From: a virus
Virus record (IMG/VR): IMGVR_UViG_3300043598_000012
Location: 1-64,000 of that record
Direction: 5' to 3' (one strand)
Length of the DNA: 64,000 nucleotides
In this document: piece after piece, positions 1 through 10,025 of the stretch
Layout: each line of letters begins with the position of its first letter
How positions within the stretch are numbered: the first letter of the stretch is position 1
Made by a program: the position numbers and the translations under genes
Notes under the pieces: generated by a model
Database searches by the model: none
What the model saw: the letters and a program-made list of their open reading frames with translations, nothing else
Told to the model about the DNA's origin: nothing

Positions 1-51
1 CCAAGGCTGCTGCCAAGCGGGCTTCTGAAACTCAGCAGTAGGGTTTAAGTT

Positions 52-429
52 ATGCCGACCGTCAGTCCGCCAAAGGTCTCCATGAGCCTGACGGTCACCT
101 CCAACCATATCCAGCCGATGATGCGGAGGATGCACATTAACGCAGATCTCGCTGCTGGGCGGTCAGCGAGGATCATCGCCAAGGACGCAGCTGATGCTGC
201 ACCGTACCTCACTGGAGCTCTGCAAGAGAGCATCAGGGCCGTCCGGGATGGTGATGGTTGGGTTGTGATCGTGGAAGTGGACTACGGCGGCTACGTCGAG
301 TTCGGGTCGATGTACATGCCCGCCCAACCTTTCCTACTCCCAGCTGCCATGAGGCGGTTCCCGGACTTCGCAGATGATATGAGGAACTCGATCATGTTTG
401 GAGGTGTGGCAGGTGCCATCTTTGGCTGA
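52..429 (+). CDS. HK97 gp10-like tail completion protein
   Basis: TGALQESI...YGGYVEFGS...MPAQPFLLPA motifs; lies upstream of the tail genes. Confidence 0.8.
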   Translation: MPTVSPPKVSMSLTVTSNHIQPMMRRMHINADLAAGRSARIIAKDAADAAPYLTGALQESIRAVRDGDGWVVIVEVDYGGYVEFGSMYMPAQPFLLPAAMRRFPDFADDMRNSIMFGGVAGAIFG

Positions 430-859
430 TACCGACTTGACAGACCTTGTGGAGCGTTGGATCTTTCAACGTGTCGAGCCCAATGTCGCAGCTCTAGATG
501 TTCCGATTCCTTCGGACCGAATCACCAAGCAGCCTGTAGGTGGGATAACGCTTCCTGCTGTCAAGTTTACCTACCAGAGCGATGTGGTGACTCGTGGTGT
601 AGGGCTCAATGCTTATTACTTCACGATGTACCACTACGCTGTTCGTGGGGTGACCACAGGAACAGACACAACCATCCTCAACCCCATCTCGGCGGCCATC
701 TACGCATCGCTGGCCGACGTGGTTGATGAGACCGATTACGGGCTCGTCGTCCTCGCTTCCACTTTCTTCAGTCATTTCAGGCTGGAGCATCATGAAGACC
801 AAGAGCGATACGTCGAGCTTGGTGGCATCTACCAGATCCACGCACAACTCAAGGAGTAG
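413..859 (+). CDS. putative tail terminator
   Basis: Synteny between gp10-like and major tail genes; GTG413 after GGAGG. Confidence 0.55.
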   Translation: MPSLADTDLTDLVERWIFQRVEPNVAALDVPIPSDRITKQPVGGITLPAVKFTYQSDVVTRGVGLNAYYFTMYHYAVRGVTTGTDTTILNPISAAIYASLADVVDETDYGLVVLASTFFSHFRLEHHEDQERYVELGGIYQIHAQLKE

Positions 860-865
860 CCAGCC

Positions 866-1849
866 ATGGCAGAAAGAGCAGCAATTACCCAGGGTGTCCA
901 GATCGGCGTGGAGAGCACGTCGGGCACCGCCGTGGCTGCCAACCGGCGTCTGCGGTCGATCGGCATCGAGCCGAACCCCCAGGCCAACATCGACACCTTC
1001 CGTCCTCCGGGCCAGAAGTACGCCGCGCTGACGGCGCTCGGCAAGGAGTGGATGGAGTTTGGCCTCAGCGGTCGCCCCAGTTACAACGAGCTCCAGTACG
1101 TGTTGGCTTCGATCTTGGGCAACACCGTCATCAGCACGCCCGTGGGTGCGACGGATGCTCGCAAGTGGGCCTTCGGCTCCAACACGTTCTCCGAGGACGC
1201 AGTGGAAACCATGACGGTGGAGCAGGGCGGATCTGTTCGTGCGCACCGCTTCGCCTACGGGCTCGTGACTGAGGCCTCGCTCGCCATCAGCCGAGACGCT
1301 GTGGAACTTGGTGGCTCCGGTATCGGTCGTCGCATCGAGGACGACATCACGCTCACGGCGGCCCCCACGAGCTTCCCTCTGGTTCCCATCCTGGGCAACC
1401 AGATGGACGTCTATGCGGACGGTGACTTCGCTGACATCGGAGACACCAAGCTGGGCAGGCTCCTGAGCTGCAACTGGAGCCTGAGCTCGCGGTTCAACCC
1501 GCTCTGGATCATCGACTCCTCGCAGCCGAGCTTCATCACGCACGTGGAGAACGAGCCTGGCCTCTCGTTCGAGATGATCGTCGAGGCTGATGAGGAGGGT
1601 ATGGCCTACCTCACGCAGCTGAGGGCTTCCGGGCGCTCATTCATCAAGATCAAGGCCACCGGCCCCATCATCGAGGCGGCCATCCCCTACAGCCTCAACC
1701 TGAACATGGCGGGCGAGATCGGCGCCATGGGCGGCTTCTCTGACCAGGATGGCGTCTACGCTGTCGGCTGGACCTTCAGTGGAGTCGACGACAGCGACAT
1801 GGGCAACGCCGTCAACGCAGAGCTCATCAACAAGGTCGCGGCCTTCTAG
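866..1849 (+). CDS. major tail tube protein
   Basis: 327 aa, AAGGAG RBS, strong codon bias, directly before chaperones and tape measure. Confidence 0.8.
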   Translation: MAERAAITQGVQIGVESTSGTAVAANRRLRSIGIEPNPQANIDTFRPPGQKYAALTALGKEWMEFGLSGRPSYNELQYVLASILGNTVISTPVGATDARKWAFGSNTFSEDAVETMTVEQGGSVRAHRFAYGLVTEASLAISRDAVELGGSGIGRRIEDDITLTAAPTSFPLVPILGNQMDVYADGDFADIGDTKLGRLLSCNWSLSSRFNPLWIIDSSQPSFITHVENEPGLSFEMIVEADEEGMAYLTQLRASGRSFIKIKATGPIIEAAIPYSLNLNMAGEIGAMGGFSDQDGVYAVGWTFSGVDDSDMGNAVNAELINKVAAF

Positions 1850-1895
1850 GCCGAGAGCAACAACAAGAAGCCAACGCAGTTAGGAGCAGCCAGCA

Positions 1896-2225
1896 ATGAA
1901 GCTCAGTACCGTCAAGTCTGAGAGGAAGCCGCTCACGATCCCATTCGAGGAGATGGGTGACGAGCTCCACATCGTCTACGTCCCAGGTGCCTTGACTCCA
2001 GAGGTCGAGGATCAGGTGATGGAGGCGCTGGAACAGCCGGGACAGGGCGCCTTCCTGACCGGCTTCATCACCAAGCTCATCGAGTCGTGGGACCTCCTCG
2101 ACGACGACGAGCAGCCCATCCCTCTGACACCTGGAGGGCTCAGGTCCATCCCCATCAACTTCCTCGGGGTCCTCTTGACCAAGATCAGGGAGGACATGAA
2201 TCCGGGGGAAGACAAGGGCGACTGA
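1896..2225 (+). CDS. tail assembly chaperone (G)
   Basis: Synteny; LIESWDL motif; slippery site near the 3' end. Confidence 0.8.
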   Translation: MKLSTVKSERKPLTIPFEEMGDELHIVYVPGALTPEVEDQVMEALEQPGQGAFLTGFITKLIESWDLLDDDEQPIPLTPGGLRSIPINFLGVLLTKIREDMNPGEDKGD

Positions 2226-2443
2226 TTGCCCGGTGGATCGTCACCGGTGAGGGCTATCCTCCGGGATGGTATCTCAGCATGAAAGCCGCTTCATTCCTAG
2301 GAGTACCAGTCTGGACGCTCCACGAGGAGGTACCGATCGTCTGGCGTAACCGAGCTCTCACCGCTATCCGTGCAGAGGGCGATGCGCACAGGCAGCAGAA
2401 AAATTGGGAGCAAGCCAAGAGTGACTGGGCTAGTAAGAATTGA
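1896..2443 (+). CDS. tail assembly chaperone GT, -1 frameshift product
   Basis: In-frame G GGG GAA at 2204-2210; the -1 frame stays open to 2443. Confidence 0.75.
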
Positions 2444-2456
2444 GGAGGGTCGATAG

Positions 2457-5400
2457 GTGCAAGGCATCTCACTGACGACCCTCCTCATTCACGTCAAAAC
2501 GGACGTGAATAAGGCCATTGGTGATCTCGCTCGGTTGGACGCCAAGGTTAAGGGCAGCTCCATTGTCGGTGGAGCTGCTGCCAAGGCTACCGGCTATGCT
2601 GTAGTGGCGGCGCTTGGCTATAGCGCGAAGGCGTTCATCGATTTCGATGCTGAGATGACTGAGTCTATCGCCATAATGGGCAACGTCTCTGACGCCATGC
2701 GTGATAAACTTGAGAAGGGTGCCCGTGACGTAGCGGCCACTACAACTTTCTCAGCCAAGAAGGCTGCTGAAGCCTACTTCTTCTTGGCGAGCTCTGGCTT
2801 GAATGCCACAGAGGCATTGGCGGCTATGCCTGCTGTGGCCAAGTTTGCCCAGGCAGGCATGTTCGATCTGGCCACTGCTACTGAGTACTTGGTTGATGCT
2901 CAGGCTGCGCTGGGTCTTAGCGTTAAGAACGATGCTATCAAGAACATGGAGAACATGGTCCGAGTCTCGGACGTGTTGGTCAAGGCTAACATCCTCTCAA
3001 ACGCCACAGTCGAGCAACTCGCAGACTCTCTCACCAACAAGGCTGGCGGTGCCCTACGCATCGTCGGCAAGGACATCGAGGAGGGCACTGCGGTTCTCGC
3101 TGCCTTTGCCAAGACTGGGTTGAAGGGGCAGGCAGCCGGTACGGCGCTCTACATCATCCTTCGAGATCTTCAAACCGCTGCCATCAAGAATGGTGACGAG
3201 TTTAAGAAGTTCGGCATCAGCGTGTACGACTCTACCGGCAACATGCGCAACATGGCAGACATCATCGGGGACTTGGAGGGTGCCTTCGAGGGAATGTCTG
3301 ACAAGGAGAAGCGAGCTACTCTACGCATGCTCGGCTTCCAGGATCGCTCCATCGCTTCCCTTCAGACCCTGATTGGGTTGAGTGGCGAGATCCGGAACTA
3401 TGAGAAGGAACTTCGTAATGCTGGGGGCACTACTGAGACCATCGCTAAGAAGCAGCTGGAGTCTTTCAAGAACCAGTTGATTCTGATCTGGCACCGCACC
3501 CAGAACCTTGCCATCCTGCTTGGCTCTTGGCTCGTACCCAAGCTCTTCGAAGCTGGAGCTGCTGTACACGACTTGGCCGACAAGGTCGTAGCCTTGCTGC
3601 GCGGGCCGTTCGGCACCATGGGTGACATCATTCACAAGATTCGGGATGCCTTCGGATCACTAGCAGGACCCTACGGGGTGGCTGGGTTCGCAGTCATCCT
3701 TGATGACCTGGTTGGCGGTGAGGGACGTTACATCGGGTTCTTCACCAACGTTGGGGATGTCATTATGGATGTCTTTAACTTCATCAAGCGCAACTGGGAG
3801 CCGATCAAGGTCGTGTTCTTGGGGCTTTTCGGCGGAGCTGCCGTCAGCATCTTGATTGCTTGGGCTGCCGCCTTGGCGGGACCTGTGGTGGGGGCAGTCG
3901 TTCTGCTAGGCTCCATCCTGGCCTCTCCCATCGCTTTGCTGGGGGCTCTGGCCGCTGGCCTCTACTACGCCTACACGGAAGTTGAGGGGTTCAGGAAGGC
4001 TGTAGATGGGGCTGCTCGTTGGGTGCGGGACACTCTCATCCCAGCTCTATCCGATTTTACCGATTGGGTTATCAAGACAGGCACACCTACTGTGCGAGCC
4101 TTTGCTGAATTCATCATTGGTGCTTGGAGGAGTGTGGCGACGTGGGCAGTGGAGAACTGGGGGTTGATCAAGGAGACGTTCCAGAAGGGCGTTAACACTG
4201 TAATCATTCTTGGTAAGTTTATGGTTAAGGTGTTGCAGGCTACTTGGAAAGCCTTTGGAGACAACATTGTTCGCCACATTCAGATAGTGTGGCGGCTTGT
4301 TACCGGCATTTTTGATGCAGCTCTCGATGTTATCTTGGGCCTCTACACGGTATTCATGGGTGTGTTCACAGGCAACTGGAGTAAGGCCTGGGATGGGGTC
4401 AGGCAGGTGTTTAGAGGTGTGTGGGGAGGCATCACCAACATATTCCGTGCCGCATGGGACACGCTGCTCAACATCCTTGACGTTGGGCTATCTGGTCTTC
4501 GTCTCATCTGGGATGTCGCCTGGGAGGGTCTCAAGGACGTTGTGCCCGGTTCCTTGCGAGCTGTGAGGGATTTGTTGTGGAGGTTCTTCGAGGAACTCCC
4601 TGGTAAGCTCGGGCGCCAATTTATCAACGTTCGCAACTGGCTTTACGACTTTGGCTTCAATCTGATTAAGGGATTTCTTCGGGGCGCCAAGGCAGCCTTC
4701 GTTAATGTGTTGACTTGGTTTGGTGGACTTTCTGCCAAGATTGCCATGAAGCTTCAAGACGCCACTGCTTGGATTTTCGATGAGGGCGACGATACCATGA
4801 AGGGGTTTCTAGCTGGCGTAGAAGAAGGTGCCGAAGATGTAACGACATGGTTCACTGAACTCCCCGCCAAGGTAGTGGGCTGGACGGGTGACGCTGGTGA
4901 ATGGTTGGTGACCGCTGGTAGTGACGCCATGATCGGTTTCTTCAAGGGAGTGAGCAACTACTTCCAGGACACAGTTGTCCCCTGGTTCATAGACCTCCCC
5001 AACAAGGCTGGTAGGTGGCTCACAAACACTGCCGAGTGGTTCCGTGAGGATGGTTTGGAAGCCGCCAAGGGGTTCCTACTGGGGGTGTGGGAGTTCATAG
5101 ACAACGAAGTTGTTCCTTGGTTTATGGATCTTCCCCACAAGTTGCAGGAGTGGATTCCCAATGCTATTGCTTGGCTTCAGGATGATGGCCTAAAAGTGAT
5201 GAAGGGACTACTGATCGGGTTGGGCATTGGAGCTTTGCTGGTCGGAGCTTTCTTCTTGGCCTTGCCGGGGATAGTTCTGTTGGGATTGGCAGCTGTCTTC
5301 ATTGCAGCCATGATCGGCGTCGCTCAGGCGTTGTTCAATGGGTTTGTTAGAGGGTTGGCGGCAGCCTTGCCAATTGCCATCAGGTGGTTCAAGAAGGTAC

Positions 5401-5996
5401 CGAGAGCCATTCTTGATGGGCTGGGCGAGTACTGGAATTGGCTAGTCCATGCTGGCAAGATGGTTGTGCAGGGGTTCATAGACGGTATGAAGAGCATGGG
5501 CAGAAAGCTTTGGGAGACCGCCACCGGTATGGCTAAGACGGTTATCGATGCCGTCACCAATCCACTGAGCATCCTCTCACCCTCCAAACTGTTTCATCAG
5601 TTTGGTGTCTATACTGCGCAGGGGTTCATCGACGGCATTAACTCGATGTCTTCTAAGGTGGACAGGGCTGTCGATGCCATGTTGACCATCCCCAAGAGAA
5701 ACAGGTTTGTGTTCCCTGTGCGTGACGTGTCCATTCCGCGCTCGTCTGCCAGCAACTTGGAGCCGTTGCGTAGGGCTGTGGCTCATCAGAGCATCTACCA
5801 ATATGGCGGAGGGGTTGGTGGTTCGCCCCTCGCTGGCGCAGCGCCTGGTGGTGACCTGGTGAGCCAGAGAGCTCTTGAGGAGATTGTGGCGCGTCTGATG
5901 CAGCACGCTAAGCCCAACGTCGACATGAAGGTGGACATGAAGGAGACCAAGGATCCGATGCTGGTCGGCGCAGAGCTTGCTTGGAACCTCAAGTGA
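2457..5996 (+). CDS. tape measure protein (TP901-type core)
   Basis: 1179 aa Ala/Gly-rich; G..AGT.L motif; Trp-periodic repeats; C-terminal SPSK motif. Confidence 0.95.
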   Translation: MQGISLTTLLIHVKTDVNKAIGDLARLDAKVKGSSIVGGAAAKATGYAVVAALGYSAKAFIDFDAEMTESIAIMGNVSDAMRDKLEKGARDVAATTTFSAKKAAEAYFFLASSGLNATEALAAMPAVAKFAQAGMFDLATATEYLVDAQAALGLSVKNDAIKNMENMVRVSDVLVKANILSNATVEQLADSLTNKAGGALRIVGKDIEEGTAVLAAFAKTGLKGQAAGTALYIILRDLQTAAIKNGDEFKKFGISVYDSTGNMRNMADIIGDLEGAFEGMSDKEKRATLRMLGFQDRSIASLQTLIGLSGEIRNYEKELRNAGGTTETIAKKQLESFKNQLILIWHRTQNLAILLGSWLVPKLFEAGAAVHDLADKVVALLRGPFGTMGDIIHKIRDAFGSLAGPYGVAGFAVILDDLVGGEGRYIGFFTNVGDVIMDVFNFIKRNWEPIKVVFLGLFGGAAVSILIAWAAALAGPVVGAVVLLGSILASPIALLGALAAGLYYAYTEVEGFRKAVDGAARWVRDTLIPALSDFTDWVIKTGTPTVRAFAEFIIGAWRSVATWAVENWGLIKETFQKGVNTVIILGKFMVKVLQATWKAFGDNIVRHIQIVWRLVTGIFDAALDVILGLYTVFMGVFTGNWSKAWDGVRQVFRGVWGGITNIFRAAWDTLLNILDVGLSGLRLIWDVAWEGLKDVVPGSLRAVRDLLWRFFEELPGKLGRQFINVRNWLYDFGFNLIKGFLRGAKAAFVNVLTWFGGLSAKIAMKLQDATAWIFDEGDDTMKGFLAGVEEGAEDVTTWFTELPAKVVGWTGDAGEWLVTAGSDAMIGFFKGVSNYFQDTVVPWFIDLPNKAGRWLTNTAEWFREDGLEAAKGFLLGVWEFIDNEVVPWFMDLPHKLQEWIPNAIAWLQDDGLKVMKGLLIGLGIGALLVGAFFLALPGIVLLGLAAVFIAAMIGVAQALFNGFVRGLAAALPIAIRWFKKVPRAILDGLGEYWNWLVHAGKMVVQGFIDGMKSMGRKLWETATGMAKTVIDAVTNPLSILSPSKLFHQFGVYTAQGFIDGINSMSSKVDRAVDAMLTIPKRNRFVFPVRDVSIPRSSASNLEPLRRAVAHQSIYQYGGGVGGSPLAGAAPGGDLVSQRALEEIVARLMQHAKPNVDMKVDMKETKDPMLVGAELAWNLK

Positions 5997-6733
5997 GTGG
6001 GCTCCAGGTCACCTTGGGTGGTGTCACCTTCAACAACGGGACGCCAGATGCCAACGGTTGTACTTGGTGGATGGACCGCTTCGATGGCTGGGATTCACCT
6101 GAGCTCCGCCAGGTGCTCCTGGATCCGACTGGGACTCAAGGTTCTGTTGTCGCATCGTCCACTCTGGCTCCTAGGGGCTTGATCGTAGGTGGGACGGTCA
6201 AGGCGCCCAACGACACTGCTTTCTGGCAGGCCTACGGTAAGCTCAGTCTGATATCCAACAACCTATTCACCACCAGAGACATGACGGTTGTTGAGGTGCC
6301 CACCACAAAGCGGGTGTCGTTTGTCCGCGGCGGGAAGGTGCGTAAGGAGATTAAGCCTGGACGAGTTGACTTTGAGATTCCTCTCTTGGCACCGGATCCA
6401 CGCAAGTACAACGACACTGAGGACACGGCTGCGCTCGCAGGCACCATCACCAATGAGGGTGACTTCGAGACTCACCCCACACTGACGCTGACTGCTGGCG
6501 GAGACTACACCATCACCAACACCACCCAAGGCGCTGGAGCTTCTTTGGTGATCGTTGGAGCTCCTGTTGGTGCTGTGGTGGACATGAAGCTACGGACGGT
6601 GCTGCTCGGCGCCGTCGACTACTACTCCACTGTTCAGCCACAGTCAATCTGGTGGACTCTGTTGCCGGGCGCTAACATCATCACTAAGAGCGGTGGTGCT
6701 GCCAGCATCACCTGGAGGGACGCATGGATCTGA
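5993..6733 (+). CDS. distal tail protein (Dit)
   Basis: Follows tape measure with GTGA overlap; APDPRKY, NEGD...P, LLPG.N, WRDAW motifs. Confidence 0.8.
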   Translation: MSGLQVTLGGVTFNNGTPDANGCTWWMDRFDGWDSPELRQVLLDPTGTQGSVVASSTLAPRGLIVGGTVKAPNDTAFWQAYGKLSLISNNLFTTRDMTVVEVPTTKRVSFVRGGKVRKEIKPGRVDFEIPLLAPDPRKYNDTEDTAALAGTITNEGDFETHPTLTLTAGGDYTITNTTQGAGASLVIVGAPVGAVVDMKLRTVLLGAVDYYSTVQPQSIWWTLLPGANIITKSGGAASITWRDAWI

Positions 6734-6750
6734 CAGGGAAGGTGCTGTAG

Positions 6751-7134
6751 ATGGCCAAGAGTGACTATCTCGAGAAGAAGGTTCTCGACCATGTGTTGCG
6801 GGTGGCGGCCTTCACCCAGCCTCCAGCCAACTACGTTGCGCTCTACACTACTGCAACGACGGACGCTGGTGGCGGCACTGAGGTCACGGGCGGCTCCTAT
6901 GCTCGTCAGACAGCCACCTTTGCAGCAGCCACTTCTGGAGCGGGTGCAACGAGCAACTCCAGCTCGATCAACTTTCCCAACATGCCAGCGTGCACAGTGA
7001 CGTACGTCGCCATCTGGGACGCGGTGACGGCCGGCAACTTGCTCTACCATGGCCCCTTGACCGCACCGCAGGTCATTGCCGCTGGCACCACATTCAACTT
7101 CGCCATCGGCGAGCTTGATGTGACGGAGTCGTAG
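6751..7134 (+). CDS. minor tail / tail-fibre-associated protein
   Basis: SDYLE..VLDH, YVALYT, EVTGGSYARQ, DA.TAGNLL signature. Confidence 0.75.
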   Translation: MAKSDYLEKKVLDHVLRVAAFTQPPANYVALYTTATTDAGGGTEVTGGSYARQTATFAAATSGAGATSNSSSINFPNMPACTVTYVAIWDAVTAGNLLYHGPLTAPQVIAAGTTFNFAIGELDVTES

Positions 7135-7749
7135 ATGGCCAACGAACTGAGGATCTATGCGAACTTCACGGGTGGCAGGATCGATGTAGATCTTGCAAGT
7201 GGCGGCACAACGATTTCTTCGCCGGGGTTTGCGTCCCTGCCGGTTGTCGATGCAACAAACCACATGCTCATCGTTCTTGATCCAGATGGTCGAACAGGGG
7301 CACCACAGGTAGTCAGGTGCACGGCACACACTGCTGCCGCAACAACGATCACAGTCGAAACGGCTGCGGTAGATGGGACAACTGCCCGAGCACACAAGGC
7401 TGGTGCGATCTGGACACATGGGACCGTTGCGAGTGATGTTGGGAAGTATTCCAGACAAGGTGGTTCCGCAACTGATTGGGATGTGTCTGGAACAACCCTT
7501 CGCTCGATTCCGGGTCAGCCACGGATTGAGATGGGTGTGTGGGACTTCGCAGCACTCGGTACAAAGGCCATCGCGTTCAGCACTGCGTTCGCAGACAAGC
7601 CCCTTGTGCTTGTCAGTTTTGGAGATGCCATCACAAACGGTCGAAGCGTTGTGAGAGCGGACTCCGTAAGTGCTACCGGCTTTGACCTGATTCTTGACAA
7701 CACCACAGCGGCAGGAGCAACCGTCCGATGGATGGCTGTTGGCAACTAG
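7135..7749 (+). CDS. minor tail protein with C-terminal H-type-lectin/gp53-like domain
   Basis: GT.ARAH.AG motif; F..AF...P.V...WMAVG C-terminus. Confidence 0.6.
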   Translation: MANELRIYANFTGGRIDVDLASGGTTISSPGFASLPVVDATNHMLIVLDPDGRTGAPQVVRCTAHTAAATTITVETAAVDGTTARAHKAGAIWTHGTVASDVGKYSRQGGSATDWDVSGTTLRSIPGQPRIEMGVWDFAALGTKAIAFSTAFADKPLVLVSFGDAITNGRSVVRADSVSATGFDLILDNTTAAGATVRWMAVGN

Positions 7750-7762
7750 GCTTGGAGCGTAA

Positions 7763-8275
7763 ATGACTTATCCACGGCATCAACTTTCACGAGCATTCCG
7801 GTACCTAACCAACAGCGCCGGTCATATCACGGTCAACACTCCAGCAAACACATGGCAGGAGTTGGCGGCGGAATCGGGTGGACCTGGCACTGGCGTCTTT
7901 GATCTGACCATCGAGGCAGAAGTTGGAGATGTGATCGAGGGTGGGTTCCAAGCCCTGATCTCCAACTCAACGCCAGACCTTTATATGGACATCAAAACGA
8001 TCGTGGCTGGGGCACCTGTCGGGAGTTTTGTTGCACAGGGTGCAACTAGTGCTACCGCACCGCCTTGTGGCCCTTGGTTTGCACCTGCGTCCACCTACCA
8101 GCGATTTGTTGGCTCCCATTTCTACACGATCTTGTCGGGAGACATAGCAACGGGGAGAGTTACCTTCCGACCATATGCGATGGGGTTGTCGGCGACGAAC
8201 CGTCTAGTCTTTGCCAACACTGATACAGGTTTCATGTTCTACGTGAAGAACCTCGGCCCTCCTGATCCGGAGTAG
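7763..8275 (+). CDS. putative minor tail protein
   Basis: Beta-rich ORF inside the tail module. Confidence 0.45.
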   Translation: MTYPRHQLSRAFRYLTNSAGHITVNTPANTWQELAAESGGPGTGVFDLTIEAEVGDVIEGGFQALISNSTPDLYMDIKTIVAGAPVGSFVAQGATSATAPPCGPWFAPASTYQRFVGSHFYTILSGDIATGRVTFRPYAMGLSATNRLVFANTDTGFMFYVKNLGPPDPE

Positions 8276-8277
8276 AT

Positions 8278-8958
8278 GTGACACTTCTTCATCAGGTTGT
8301 TCGGGCTGACACTCCGGCTGTCTACTGGCCGTTTGACGAGTTGGCTGATGGTGCTGTCTGTCGTGACCAGAGCGGGAACGGCCGTAATGGCACTGAGGTT
8401 GCGACGGGTGCTTCACTTGCGTCAACAGGGATAGTCCCAGGACATCCGAAGTCGTGTGTGAATGTCGGTGATGGTTATTGGTCTTTCGCAAATGTTGCTG
8501 CGCTAGATGTTGGAACTGGCGACTTCACTCATGAGATTTGGCTCAAGATAACTAACACGACAGCAAACTACGTTGAGATCGCAAGCCGTGATAGTTCTGC
8601 TACCGGCAACGGACAAATCCTCAACCTCAACATCACTACGGGTGGAGTCGGGGTGTGGTGCGGTGGCACAGCACTCAATTGTCCGACTCGTATTTCTGAT
8701 GATCGTCTTCATCATGTCATTTTTCGACGTATCGCCGGAGTTGTTTCTGTTTTTGTGGATGGAGTGCAGGATGGAACTGTAGCGGCGGCTGGTGGAACTG
8801 ATGTTGCTGCTAGACCGCTGCGTGTAGGCGTTGCTGACGGCACGTATGCAAGGCCGCTTGGCAGATGGGCACACTATGCCTACTACACGACAGGGTTGAC
8901 GGACGCACAGGTTCTTGTTCACTACCGCGCTGGCTTGCGAGACGGTGTGTCGTACTGA
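8278..8958 (+). CDS. LamG / concanavalin-A-like lectin domain protein
   Basis: YWPFDE...DQSGNGRNG, FT.E.W, HHV, VFVDG motifs. Confidence 0.85.
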   Translation: MTLLHQVVRADTPAVYWPFDELADGAVCRDQSGNGRNGTEVATGASLASTGIVPGHPKSCVNVGDGYWSFANVAALDVGTGDFTHEIWLKITNTTANYVEIASRDSSATGNGQILNLNITTGGVGVWCGGTALNCPTRISDDRLHHVIFRRIAGVVSVFVDGVQDGTVAAAGGTDVAARPLRVGVADGTYARPLGRWAHYAYYTTGLTDAQVLVHYRAGLRDGVSY

Positions 8959-10025
8959 TGGTCACTTCAAACACCCTGCCCGGCTGGTTTCCTGCCACGC
9001 CAACCATCTTCAAACAACCTGTGCTTGTCGAAAGTGCTGTGGGGGGGCTGTGTGGTGCAGCATTGCCAGGCGGTGGAGGTTGTCTTGTTTGGCCTAATGG
9101 CGGGGCTGCCAAGTTTGCAGTAACAGCTTCTCCGGAGGACTTTCTTGAAGACAATATCGTGCCAGCAGTTGACATTGGTGTTATCGTTGCTGGTGATGTG
9201 CGAGCTGTGTCTGTTTATGTGATTGGCGGCGTGCTGTATGCAACCGTTGTGACGTTTAGCGGTTCCACCACCACAACGAAGATCTACCAAGCTAATAACC
9301 CAGATGGCCCCACCTCTTGGTCTCCTGTAGCTACGCTGCAAAACGACAATACACCTGGAGCTCTGTTCGGGATGCAGACATGGGGCGCTTGCATACCGTT
9401 ACAACTCGCAAGCGGCAGGTGGGTGGCGGTACAGGGTTGTTGGCAATTCGGCCTTGTCGGCGGAGCAGCGTCTGGTGCAAATGGTGCTGCTTGGTACTCT
9501 GATGACGGCGCAGCTGGACCTTGGATTCTCACGAACCAGTACCGTCATCCATACTTCAATTTCTCAGAAATTGAATGGTGTTCAGCGCAGGTTGCACAAG
9601 ATCCTGTTACCGGCTATCTCTACTACACAACCGCAACGGGTGCTGGTGGTCCTGATTACGGGACGGTCTTGTGGGAATCCCAAGACGAAGCATTGACATG
9701 GGGCCTTCATGGTACTGGTGCTTGGGACACATTCCATCTTCTCTCAGCCTCAATTGACAATGGGCAGCAAGTGTTTGCCTTTGGCGGGAGTCCGGGTGGC
9801 GTGGATCAGTGGAGCGATGTTTTTGTAAGGACTGGAGACGCACACGATACAAACAGGTTCTCGGGAGGGTGGACAGACACCGGGCAGAATTGGTTCACTA
9901 CTTCTTATGGCTTCGAGAACACCCACAAGGCCATCGTTGCTCAACGGGCCGTGTATTCGTTTGTTCGAGATCGTGTTCATCGGCATGGCGCCACAGGCTG
10001 GACTATTGATGCGGTGGGGATCTAA
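8958..10025 (+). CDS. beta-propeller / sialidase-like tail-associated protein
   Basis: Asp-box-like YSDDG...W and SQDEALTW; TGATG coupling. Confidence 0.5.
   Translation: MVTSNTLPGWFPATPTIFKQPVLVESAVGGLCGAALPGGGGCLVWPNGGAAKFAVTASPEDFLEDNIVPAVDIGVIVAGDVRAVSVYVIGGVLYATVVTFSGSTTTTKIYQANNPDGPTSWSPVATLQNDNTPGALFGMQTWGACIPLQLASGRWVAVQGCWQFGLVGGAASGANGAAWYSDDGAAGPWILTNQYRHPYFNFSEIEWCSAQVAQDPVTGYLYYTTATGAGGPDYGTVLWESQDEALTWGLHGTGAWDTFHLLSASIDNGQQVFAFGGSPGGVDQWSDVFVRTGDAHDTNRFSGGWTDTGQNWFTTSYGFENTHKAIVAQRAVYSFVRDRVHRHGATGWTIDAVGI

Noticed and set aside
494-1543. Long antisense and alternate-frame ORFs (also 11824-12783, 41637-42578, 49332-50348, 55150-56217)
   Set aside because: Shadows of GC-rich coding on the + strand; no motifs
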